Below are positions 56,513-64,000 of a DNA stretch of 64,000 bases, piece after piece. Origin of the DNA: Candidatus Sumerlaeaceae bacterium (GTDB taxonomy: Bacteria > Sumerlaeota > Sumerlaeia > Sumerlaeales > Sumerlaeaceae); contig JAOAAY010000001.1 in NCBI GenBank assembly GCA_026418615.1, forward strand, positions 142,052 through 206,051, in the 5' to 3' direction. A program made the position numbers and the translations under genes. Below the pieces are notes generated by a model. It ran no database searches, was not told the origin of the DNA, and saw nothing but the letters and a program-made list of their open reading frames with translations. How positions within the stretch are numbered: the first letter of the stretch is position 1; every line of letters begins with the position of its first letter.

Positions 56513-57361
56513 ATGACATCAAGAATCGCCCTCACCTTTGAACGCGCCCATGCCCAAGGCGAACGGGCGTTGATTCCTTACCTGACCGCTGGATTCCCGC
56601 GGCTGTCGGAAACCGTCGGGTTGCTTCGGGCGCTGGAGCGTGGCGGCGCCGACATCATCGAACTGGGCGTTCCGTTCAGCGACCCTATCGCCGATGGCCC
56701 CACCATTCAGGCATCGTGCGCCGAGTCGCTGCTCCAAGGCACGACCCTTGCCGCTGTGCTCGAAATGGTTCGCGAGTTTCGCCGCGAGTCGCAAGTCCCG
56801 ATCGTCTTATTCGGAGCCTACAACCCGTTTCTCCGCTACGGCCTCGAGCGACTCGCCCATGACGCATCGGCGGCTGGGGCGGACGCCCTTCTCATCCCTG
56901 ACCTCCCCGTTGACGAGGGCGAGGAGGCCGCTGCCATCATTCGCGGCTCAGGTTTGGATCTCGTGTTCCTTGTCGCCCCTACGACGCCGCTCGAGCGCAA
57001 GCGGCTCATTTGCTCAAAAACCAGCGGATTTGTCTATTACATATCTGTAAAGGGTGTGACCGGCGCGCGCGAGTCCATCACCTTCGAGTTGGAGCAGCCG
57101 CTCGCTGAGTTGCGCAGCGTTACCACCCTGCCCATTGCTGTCGGTTTCGGTATTGCCACTCCAGCCCAAGCGGCTGCAGTCGGTCGGCTGGCGGACGGAG
57201 TGATCGTCGGAAGCGCGCTGGTAAAATTGGTGGGAGAACATGCAGGGTCACCTGACCTGCCGGCCAAGGTGGAACAATACATGAGAGCAATGAAAGAGCC
57301 GCTCCGCGGATCAAGCAGCCCCGCAGCCCTGACGCAACCGCTGGACAAGCCAACCTCATAG
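56513..57361 (+). CDS. trpA: tryptophan synthase alpha subunit
   Basis: IPYLTAGFP, ELGVPFSDPIADGPTIQ and GFGI blocks. Trimmed to the MTSRIAL Met (282 aa). Confidence 0.9.
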   Translation: MTSRIALTFERAHAQGERALIPYLTAGFPRLSETVGLLRALERGGADIIELGVPFSDPIADGPTIQASCAESLLQGTTLAAVLEMVREFRRESQVPIVLFGAYNPFLRYGLERLAHDASAAGADALLIPDLPVDEGEEAAAIIRGSGLDLVFLVAPTTPLERKRLICSKTSGFVYYISVKGVTGARESITFELEQPLAELRSVTTLPIAVGFGIATPAQAAAVGRLADGVIVGSALVKLVGEHAGSPDLPAKVEQYMRAMKEPLRGSSSPAALTQPLDKPTS

Positions 57362-57378
57362 GAGGAGATAACTCGCCA

Positions 57379-57903
57379 ATGTTGATGTTGGCCCTGATCC
57401 AGTTGGCGGCTGCCGGAACAGCCGTTTGGGCTTCGGTTTTAGCCTTGCGGCGTCGAGGCGATAGCGGTGTGCCCGGCCCACTGCGCCTCGCCATTTTGCT
57501 AACTGCTAGTATTTCGATTCTGGCGGCCATGATCACAGTCGGTTCGGTGATTCAGGAAAAAACGGGAGTCGCGATGAGCCTGCCCTCCAATGCCAAAGCG
57601 CGGGCTCGGCAATGGCTAACGCAGCATGCAGCCCAACCGCCCGCTCCTCGCGAAGTCGGACGCAACATTCGAATCATCGCCGATGGAATCGCGTTTTATG
57701 AGGCACACGCCGCCAGTTTTCCGCTCGATTTGCGCGCGCGCATGCAAGAGTACGCCCGACTGCCGGAGCAACCTAAGAGACTGCTGACCCCGTCGGAGGA
57801 GAACCGATATTATCAAGCGGCTGTCGGAGTCATCCAAGCGATCAGCGCCGTGGCAAACGACAACGACGCGCCTGACTCGATGCCAGCCGGCAAGACGCCT
57901 TGA
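57379..57903 (+). CDS. hypothetical membrane protein (2 TM)
   Basis: 174 aa, 17 nt after trpA on the same strand. Two hydrophobic helices then a soluble domain. No known motif. Confidence 0.4.
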   Translation: MLMLALIQLAAAGTAVWASVLALRRRGDSGVPGPLRLAILLTASISILAAMITVGSVIQEKTGVAMSLPSNAKARARQWLTQHAAQPPAPREVGRNIRIIADGIAFYEAHAASFPLDLRARMQEYARLPEQPKRLLTPSEENRYYQAAVGVIQAISAVANDNDAPDSMPAGKTP

Positions 57904-57944
57904 GGCTCCAACCGCCGCAGTAATGAAGCGATCGAAGGCCGGCG

Positions 57945-58715
57945 TTAGCCTTCGCGCCCTATGATCTCCATGCGCACTCTCGCCAGCCCGCTGCTCACCA
58001 TGCCGATCTGAGCCGCAGCGCCCTTGGAAAGATCAATAATGCGTCCTTTGATATAAGGGCCTCGATTGTTAATCCGCACGATCACATCGCGACCGTTGCG
58101 AAGATTGGTCACCTTGACCAAGGTGCCAAATGGCAGAGTGCGGTGCGCTGCGGTGAAAGAGTACATGTCGTAGCGTTCCCCGCTGGCTGTCGGCCCCCCG
58201 TGAAAGTCCGGACCGTACCACGAGGCCGTTCCTTCCATGACCGGCCCGGCTGGCTGGGTCGGCGCGGCCGGCGGCGCGGCCGGCTGACTGCGGCGGGATA
58301 AAAAGCGCCTCAGCCCTCCGAAAACTCCCGTGCGGGTCGCCCCCGCTTGAGCCACTGTATGCTGGACTGCTGGCGGAGTCGCGCTAACACGCTGTTGCGA
58401 GGAATACGCTGTCGCCGCCCGAGAGGCTTCGGCGGATCGGCGGAAATAGCCGGAGCGCCGGGAGGGCGTCGAGAAAGACGGATATTGATACCCGCCGTGG
58501 CCGAGCGAGACCGACTGCACCTGATACGCGTCTCCGGCCGGTTGCGACCACCATTGGCGACCTTGATGAACCGTCGGTGAACCAGAGGTGGCTTGCCACG
58601 AACTGCTCCATCCCACCGGTCGTTGCGCATACAAGGGAGCGGCGAAAACACCGCTGAAAAACAAGGCCGCCAGAAACTTCGAGGCGTGGCCCATCTGGCT
58701 ATGTGAGGTTGCCAT
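57945..58715 (-). CDS. rlpA: RlpA-like double-psi beta-barrel (septal ring lytic transglycosylase family) lipoprotein/secreted protein
   Basis: C-terminal DPBB block [61 protein letters not shown]-terminal signal peptide followed by a Ser/Gln/Ala-rich low-complexity region. Confidence 0.75.
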   Translation of the reverse strand: MATSHSQMGHASKFLAALFFSGVFAAPLYAQRPVGWSSSWQATSGSPTVHQGRQWWSQPAGDAYQVQSVSLGHGGYQYPSFSTPSRRSGYFRRSAEASRAATAYSSQQRVSATPPAVQHTVAQAGATRTGVFGGLRRFLSRRSQPAAPPAAPTQPAGPVMEGTASWYGPDFHGGPTASGERYDMYSFTAAHRTLPFGTLVKVTNLRNGRDVIVRINNRGPYIKGRIIDLSKGAAAQIGMVSSGLARVRMEIIGREG

Positions 58716-58835
58716 TCCGGGTCCTCCACTTTACGCTGGATCATAAAGTTGGTCGTGGGCTAACCACTGACAAACGCCGCGTAAAGAAAAAAAGTGAGCC
58801 ATTCTATTCACTTATTTATGTTTTTGATATAAGTT

Positions 58836-59621
58836 ATGATGGAAACTGACGGCCACGATGCGGCCAAAACCACTCGCTCAGAGGGCGATCGTTACGACCC
58901 GCTCCATTGGCCCGCGCTTGGGCAGGGTACGCCGGATTACTCGATTCCGGGCGATGTGATCCTCATGGAGGTGGGATCAGATGGCGTGGAGCGAATTCGT
59001 TTACGGACCCGCCGGCCCCGAGTGGAGTGGGTGCCGCGCAAACTGAGCGATCAGGACAGAGGCGACGGTCGGGCGCCCGTGACCATTCAGTATCGGGGCC
59101 GGTTCTACGAGGTGGTGGACAGGCAGGACAGGGGTCCGGTGACTGAATATTCGTTAGCCCCGTGGCCCGAAGGAGAAGTGTTGCGGCGGGTGGTGACGCT
59201 CAGCCGGCAGTCGGTTCTGGAGGAGATTCGTACGCAAGACGAGTTGCGCAAGTACCGACTCTGGGAGCGCTGGTTGCGAGTTCTATACCCTTTGATTGGT
59301 CTGCTGCCGGGCGAGGCACAGTCCACAATTGCCGGCCGCCTTCCCATAGATCTCTATCGCTGCATGACTTGGAGTTGCTGGGCTGAAGTAGCGCTTGGAG
59401 TCTATCTTCTGTTTTTTGGCGGTCTCCTTGGTACCCTCCAAGGCTTGACGGGAAATGACGGGTCTTTTTTGCCGCGAACAATTCTCCTCATTCCGGCCGA
59501 GGTCTGGGTCGGAGTGTCTCCCTATTTCGTGGTCGAAGGTCTCCTTCGGTGGCGCCATGCTCACCGAGGGGGCTTGTTTGGCTTTTTGCCCTTCGAGGTG
59601 CTTTGGAGACTCTTTCCGTGA
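58836..59621 (+). CDS. hypothetical membrane protein
   Basis: 261 aa. Soluble N-terminal half and about 3 C-terminal TM helices. Preceded by an unusually AT-rich 120-bp promoter-like segment. No recognisable domain. Confidence 0.4.
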   Translation: MMETDGHDAAKTTRSEGDRYDPLHWPALGQGTPDYSIPGDVILMEVGSDGVERIRLRTRRPRVEWVPRKLSDQDRGDGRAPVTIQYRGRFYEVVDRQDRGPVTEYSLAPWPEGEVLRRVVTLSRQSVLEEIRTQDELRKYRLWERWLRVLYPLIGLLPGEAQSTIAGRLPIDLYRCMTWSCWAEVALGVYLLFFGGLLGTLQGLTGNDGSFLPRTILLIPAEVWVGVSPYFVVEGLLRWRHAHRGGLFGFLPFEVLWRLFP

Positions 59622-59752
59622 TGCTACGAGAGTTCTCCACAGGTCGCTGTGGAAAAATGATGGCTGCGCGGAAACAAGTTGACGGCTGTGTTCGACATGG
59701 CCAAGGCTACCAATGCTTTACCCAAAATGTGAAAGGAGAAGCGCCGCGAGTT

Positions 59753-60379
59753 ATGAAACTCTCTCAGGCCGTAATGCTCTCGTTGCTGTGCCTTAGCGTG
59801 GCCGGTTGCAGCGGTCTCAACCGATCCCGCGCTGTTGCTCCTGGTGCGCCTGCTGCCGCCGGGCCTGACGCGATGGCGGCTCCCCCGCCACGCACTCCCG
59901 CCTCGTCCACCATTTCTGTGGCTCCGGGCAACATGTACAATCTGGGACCCGCCCCTAACCGTTCCAAGACGGGACCCCAGAGTTCCGCCACGAAGAAAAA
60001 AACCTCCACGCCCGAGCGCGACACAGCGCAGGCTGCCGCGCGCAAGGAACCGAAGACTGAGCCGTCCTCGGCGCCTGCACAGCCGCTCGAGGTTTCGGCA
60101 ACCTCGGCTGGGAGTCAATCAGCCTCCAACGCGGCTGACTCGACTGTCCCGCAGCCGAGTGCCGCGTCGGCCTCCGGCGGTATGTCCTCCCCGGCTGGAG
60201 ATCCCTTAGCCGTGGATGATTTGCCCATGCCCGTCCGTCCGGGAGCCGCACCGCAGTCCTCTGCGCCGGCTCCCGCCGGCAAGGCCGCCACGGCACCCAA
60301 AAGTCAACGCGAAGTTGTGCCGGTAAGTGCTCCGCCGGCGACAACGGAAGAGAAACTCGACTCAAAATTCAGTTCGTGA
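59753..60379 (+). CDS. Pro/Ala/Ser-rich lipoprotein (hypothetical)
   Basis: Trimmed to MKLSQAVMLSLLCLSVAGCS (lipobox VAGC), with RBS gaaaggag 12 nt upstream. The rest of the protein is low complexity. Confidence 0.5.
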   Translation: MKLSQAVMLSLLCLSVAGCSGLNRSRAVAPGAPAAAGPDAMAAPPPRTPASSTISVAPGNMYNLGPAPNRSKTGPQSSATKKKTSTPERDTAQAAARKEPKTEPSSAPAQPLEVSATSAGSQSASNAADSTVPQPSAASASGGMSSPAGDPLAVDDLPMPVRPGAAPQSSAPAPAGKAATAPKSQREVVPVSAPPATTEEKLDSKFSS

Positions 60380-60438
60380 CCGGTAGGCCGGGCAACGACC
60401 GGTCTGCGAGGGTCTAATCGTGAGGTTAGGAGAAGCAA

Positions 60439-60476
60439 GGCCCCGCGGAATTCGTCCGCGGGGCCGCTTCATTGTT
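60439..60476. terminator. bidirectional rho-independent terminator between convergent lipoprotein and icd genes
   Basis: Perfect 11-bp stem GGCCCCGCGGA/TCCGCGGGGCC with a 5-nt loop, flanked by T-rich sequence on the plus strand (GCTTCATTGTTG). Confidence 0.5.
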
Positions 60477-60518
60477 GATGGGTAAGTGCCCACCCAGACT
60501 GACCGTCAGGCGTCAGGA

Positions 60519-61976
60519 TTAGCCGCCTTGGGCAGCGGAAAATCCCGGCACACCATCAAAGGCGCAAAGATTCTCGGTTTTGATAAAGTCAAAACCAGCG
60601 GCGGCAACCCGGCTCAACAAAGCGATGATATCGGTATGCCGCACTTCCGTCCCCTCCTTGGCCCCGACGAAACGGCAACGCCAGTGATCGGTACAAAAGG
60701 TCTCAGGCTGCCCCTTCGGCCAAACCTTCATGCCGCGATTGCTCAGCATCTGCAGTTGAAATTCCGGGCCGGCCAGCGGGCTGAGGGCAGCGCCAAGGTC
60801 ATCAGCCGTTCCTTTGTCCCAGTGCAAAAACACATCCACTCCAATGGTGGTCTTAGCCTGGACTGTGGAGGCGGCCTTCGCGGCCGAGATGTTGAGTCGC
60901 TGAGGCGGCGCTTGTTTGTAAGAGACGGCTTTCAGTTTTTCGGGGCGCTTGCCCAAACGGGCAATCACGGCCTCGGCAAATTCGCGCGTGCCCACGGGGG
61001 GGGTGGGATCGTCCGGGCGCCGGATGTCTTGCGTATGCACGCCGTCCTCGATGGTGCGAAGCCAAGCGTTGTGGCACAATTCGGCCACATCGGGCTGGCC
61101 AATGTGGACGAGCATCATCACAGCGCCAAGGAACAAACCCGACGGATTAGCCATGTTCTTCCCTGCGTACTTGGGGGCGGAGCCGTGAATGGCCTCAAAC
61201 ATGGCGCATTGATCCCCGATGTTGGCCGAGCCAGCGAGCCCGACAGATCCCGCAATCTGAGCAGCAACATCGGACAAAATGTCGCCGTAGAGGTTCGGCA
61301 TGACGATGACATCAAAGTTTTCCGGTGTGTCGGCCAGTTTGGCGGCCCCGATGTCCACGATCCAATGCTCGTTCTCAAGGTCGGGATACTCGGCCGCGAT
61401 TTCGTCGAAGACCTTGTGGAACAGGCCATCGGTCAGTTTCATAATGTTGTCTTTGGTGAAACAAGTCACCTTTTTGCGCCCGTGGAGGCGGGCGTATTCG
61501 AAGGCGTAACGGACAATTTTCTCACATCCCGGCCGCGTGATCAGTTTTAGACATTGGTAAACTTGCTGGGTCTGGCGGTGCTCGATACCCGCGTAAAGAT
61601 CCTCTTCGTTCTCGCGGATGATGACCAGGTCGAGGACCGGGTGCTTGGTGGGAACGAAGGGATGGTAAGACACGCACGGGCGGACATTGGCATAGAGGCC
61701 GAAAGCCTTGCGGGTGGTGACATTGAGGCTCTTAAAGCCTCCCCCCTGCGGCGTGGTGATCGGTGCCTTGAGGAACACCTTGGTGCGGCGGAGCGACTCG
61801 TAGGCGCTAGGCTCGATGCCGGCGGGATTGCCGCGAAGGTAAACCTTCTCGCCGATTTCGATCTCCTCGATTTCGATGCGCGCGCCTGCAGCCGACAAAA
61901 TAGCCAGTGTTGCGTCCATGATTTCGGGGCCGATGCCGTCCCCGCGCGCGACGGTGATGGGCGTCTTTTGCGTCAT
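60519..61976 (-). CDS. icd: isocitrate dehydrogenase (NADP), Thermus-type with extra C-terminal domain
   Basis: ITVARGDGIGPEI start, NLYGDILSD, and GSAPKYAGKNMANP IDH/IMDH-fold blocks. About 130 aa additional C-terminal domain as in Thermus-type IDH. Trimmed to the MTQKTP Met. Confidence 0.85.
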   Translation of the reverse strand: MTQKTPITVARGDGIGPEIMDATLAILSAAGARIEIEEIEIGEKVYLRGNPAGIEPSAYESLRRTKVFLKAPITTPQGGGFKSLNVTTRKAFGLYANVRPCVSYHPFVPTKHPVLDLVIIRENEEDLYAGIEHRQTQQVYQCLKLITRPGCEKIVRYAFEYARLHGRKKVTCFTKDNIMKLTDGLFHKVFDEIAAEYPDLENEHWIVDIGAAKLADTPENFDVIVMPNLYGDILSDVAAQIAGSVGLAGSANIGDQCAMFEAIHGSAPKYAGKNMANPSGLFLGAVMMLVHIGQPDVAELCHNAWLRTIEDGVHTQDIRRPDDPTPPVGTREFAEAVIARLGKRPEKLKAVSYKQAPPQRLNISAAKAASTVQAKTTIGVDVFLHWDKGTADDLGAALSPLAGPEFQLQMLSNRGMKVWPKGQPETFCTDHWRCRFVGAKEGTEVRHTDIIALLSRVAAAGFDFIKTENLCAFDGVPGFSAAQGG

Positions 61977-62263
61977 CGCGATCCAGATGTCTCCCGTTCT
62001 GAGGATTTGGCCGAAAGGCCGTGCGGTGCTCTGCAAAGCCTGTCAAACAGACACAGTCATAACACGCGGCTGGCAAGATATTGCGAGACGATGACAGCGG
62101 CTTTTTGATGTTGCATCAGCCATCGCCATGCCGTTGTTCGCAGACAGTCGTAAGCGCGCCGTCAAGCAGTCGGGACTAAATGCAAGGGGCGCGCTGTATC
62201 GCAAGGTTCGGGGCAGACGCTCTGCGTGCCCGCGCGCGGTCGCTGCCGTCGAAAGGTTAGGTC

Positions 62264-62848
62264 ATGGGACTGGGAACTATACTGTTTTACATCTTCTTGG
62301 TGATGTTCTTTCTGGTGTGTGTGCTGCTCGTTCTTGTCATTCTTGCTCAGGAGGGCAAGGGTGGCGGACTTTCGGGCCTCGCAGGAAGTTCAGCGTTGGG
62401 CGAGACTTTCGGATTCGGCGATGCCGGCAATGCCATGCGACGCTGGACTCGCAATACCGCGATCGTTTTCTTTGTGATGGCGATCATTCTCACATTTTGG
62501 GGTGAGCATCAGACGAGCGCAGTCACCAAGAAATTTCTTGCCGGCGGAGAAGCCCCGGCGACTCAAGCCCAGCCTTTGCAGCCGATTGCTCCGGAAAGCG
62601 CAGGGACGCCTACAGAGGGTGCGACCCCATCCGAGCCGGCACCCGGCGCTCCTGAACCGGCTGCAGTGACAGAACCATCTGTAACGCCCGAACCGGCAGC
62701 CACGCCGGAGTCAGCCCCTACGCCGGAGCCAGCGGCCACGCCGGAGCCAGCGGCCACGCCGGAACCCGGAGCCGCGGAAGCCGTAACGCCGCCCGCAGTA
62801 CCGCAAGCCCCAACCGGACAGGCACCCGAAACAACGACCACTCCGTAG
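62264..62848 (+). CDS. secG: preprotein translocase subunit SecG with long Pro/Glu/Ala/Thr-rich C-terminal tail
   Basis: N-terminal 80 aa match SecG (two TM helices around LAQEGKGGGLSGLAGS). The tail is TPEPAA-type repeats. Confidence 0.7.
   Translation: MGLGTILFYIFLVMFFLVCVLLVLVILAQEGKGGGLSGLAGSSALGETFGFGDAGNAMRRWTRNTAIVFFVMAIILTFWGEHQTSAVTKKFLAGGEAPATQAQPLQPIAPESAGTPTEGATPSEPAPGAPEPAAVTEPSVTPEPAATPESAPTPEPAATPEPAATPEPGAAEAVTPPAVPQAPTGQAPETTTTP
62685..62773 (+). repeat. 18-bp tandem repeat (about 5 copies, 2 perfect) inside secG tail coding region
   Basis: Unit ACGCCGGAGCCAGCGGCC repeated head-to-tail, encoding TPEPAA hexapeptides. Confidence 0.6.
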
Positions 62849-62992
62849 TCGTAAACGGTGCACACAGCGCCGCTGTCGCGGCTGCGGTGTTACGCAGGCC
62901 AGCATTCCGGGTCTGCCTGCACTAATGGAGCGTCAGAATCCGACGGTGGAAAGCGACGATGGGCGACGACTGCATCGGCCCCCGCACAACCG

Positions 62993-64000
62993 TTAACTGT
63001 GCCCCGATTCCCAGTCGAATGATAAGTAAGTCGGCTGCTGGAGTCCCCGCTCGTACTCGCCGAGAAATCTCATGCCCTCGTTGGGCTTCAGGATGTCGCC
63101 TTTGATGGCCTCGTCCACCTGAGCCTTCATGCGTCGGGTGAGATCCGTCACATGGTATTGGGTGAGTTCGAGGACCTGAGCGATGGAATGCCCCGGGATC
63201 GTCTCCTCGATGTAGTATCCAGACTCTTCATCTGGATCGAGAAAGACATGGGCCTCATTGACGCGGCCGAACAGATTGTGCAGGTCGCCCATGATGTCCT
63301 GATAGGCGCCCGTCAGGAACAAGCCAATGTAGTACGGCTCCCCCGGGCGCAGCGGATGGACCGGCAATGCCGCCCTCACATCGCGCAGGTCGGCAAACCG
63401 GCACACTTTGCCGTCGGAATCGCAGGTGATATCCGCCATCGTCCCCTGCACCGTGGGCGGCTCGTCAAGGCGATGGATGGGCATGATCGGAAAGACTTGT
63501 CCTAGCGCCCAGTGGTCGAGCAGTGATTGAAAGACGGAGAAATTGCACAGGTACTGATCCGCGAAATGGGGGGTCAGTTCGGCGATTTCCTCGGGCATTT
63601 CCTTGTCGCCGCCGGCTCCCTCGGCAACCCGGCGTCGGTAGATCTCGACGATCTCCTCGATGATGTGCCAATAAAAGGTTTCTATGCGCCCCTTGGTCGT
63701 CAGGTCCAGGATGCCCAGTTCAAAGGCGTTCTGCGAATCAGCCTTGATCTGCATGGTGTCGTGCAACGCCTCGAGGGGGTTGAGCGCGAGGCGCTCTTTG
63801 ATTTCGGCCAGTTGTTTGATCCATTTGTGATCGCCGGGCCGAACGGACAGGTCGTAGCGCTGCTTGGTTTTCTCGATGGTTCCGAAGGCCTCGACGACGA
63901 GGACCGAATGGTGCGCCACGATGGCCCGCCCGGACTCGCTGACGATGTCGGGATGGGGCACGCCTTCTTCGTCGCAAATATCCATGAGGTTGTAAACAAT
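62993..64000 (-). CDS. speA: biosynthetic arginine decarboxylase, C-terminal about 335 aa (5' end beyond window)
   Basis: Conserved SpeA C-terminal regions (GGDKEMPEE..., CDSDGKV..., HVFLDPDE...). The ORF continues in-frame to the window edge. Confidence 0.85.
   Translation of the reverse strand: MVYNLMDICDEEGVPHPDIVSESGRAIVAHHSVLVVEAFGTIEKTKQRYDLSVRPGDHKWIKQLAEIKERLALNPLEALHDTMQIKADSQNAFELGILDLTTKGRIETFYWHIIEEIVEIYRRRVAEGAGGDKEMPEEIAELTPHFADQYLCNFSVFQSLLDHWALGQVFPIMPIHRLDEPPTVQGTMADITCDSDGKVCRFADLRDVRAALPVHPLRPGEPYYIGLFLTGAYQDIMGDLHNLFGRVNEAHVFLDPDEESGYYIEETIPGHSIAQVLELTQYHVTDLTRRMKAQVDEAIKGDILKPNEGMRFLGEYERGLQQPTYLSFDWESGHS

Noticed and set aside
60486-61550. 354-aa plus-strand ORF
   Set aside because: Antisense to icd.
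1-64000. CRISPR arrays, IS elements, integrases, phage genes, rRNA
   Set aside because: No regularly spaced direct repeats, no transposase/integrase/recombinase-like ORFs and no rRNA-like segments were seen in any frame or strand. The window looks like stable chromosome.

Overview
This is a high-GC window (about 63-65% by eye) from what looks like a Planctomycetota/Verrucomicrobiota (PVC-type) chromosome. Several observations seen directly in the sequence support this: a DUF1501/DUF1800 gene pair, prepilin-type N-terminal methylation proteins, many TPR, FHA and Ser/Thr-kinase signalling proteins, and long Pro/Ala/Thr-rich linkers. I call about 60 protein-coding genes and one tRNA-Glu(CUC).

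Most of the window is core metabolism and housekeeping: cysC, rfbB, ogt, rplI, ilvC, punA-like PNP, cysK, argS, nadC, ddl, dnaJ-yciH, trpA, icd, secG, and the 3' part of speA running off the right edge. These are interleaved with regulatory and envelope functions:
- two sensor histidine kinases, one orphan response regulator, one Ser/Thr kinase and a tandem-FHA protein;
- a HlyD / ABC ATPase / ABC-2 permease exporter operon that ends with a PIG-L/LmbE deacetylase;
- an HcpR (Crp/Fnr)-hcp divergon with a perfect TTGAC-N4-GTCAA box;
- CstA, a NamZ-like DUF1343 / NUDIX / ThuA / Gfo-Idh-MocA operon, and a secreted S51 peptidase with a PPC domain;
- a radical SAM enzyme of the AmmeMemoRadiSam type with no AMMECR1/Memo partners in the window.

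I found no transposase, integrase, CRISPR array or rRNA. I could not identify a single complete, clearly novel multi-gene system with confidence. The most unusual stretch is a lower-GC (about 50-58%) four-gene block at 31.6-34.9 kb: a pseudopilin-like gene plus three unannotatable membrane or secreted proteins, one carrying a degenerate L,D-transpeptidase-like motif, preceded by a roughly 340-bp AT-richer leader. It is followed by an overlapping response-regulator / YtoQ-like (nucleoside 2-deoxyribosyltransferase-fold) gene pair. Other oddities are listed as separate findings: orphan transporter components, an orphan GspE ATPase, an orphan SxtJ-like/DUF5989 pair, and a truncated STAND-NTPase-like fragment.

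CDS coordinates follow the supplied ORF track, with start codons trimmed to the most plausible internal Met or GTG where I say so. Hand-placed RNA, terminator and regulatory coordinates may be off by 1-2 nt.
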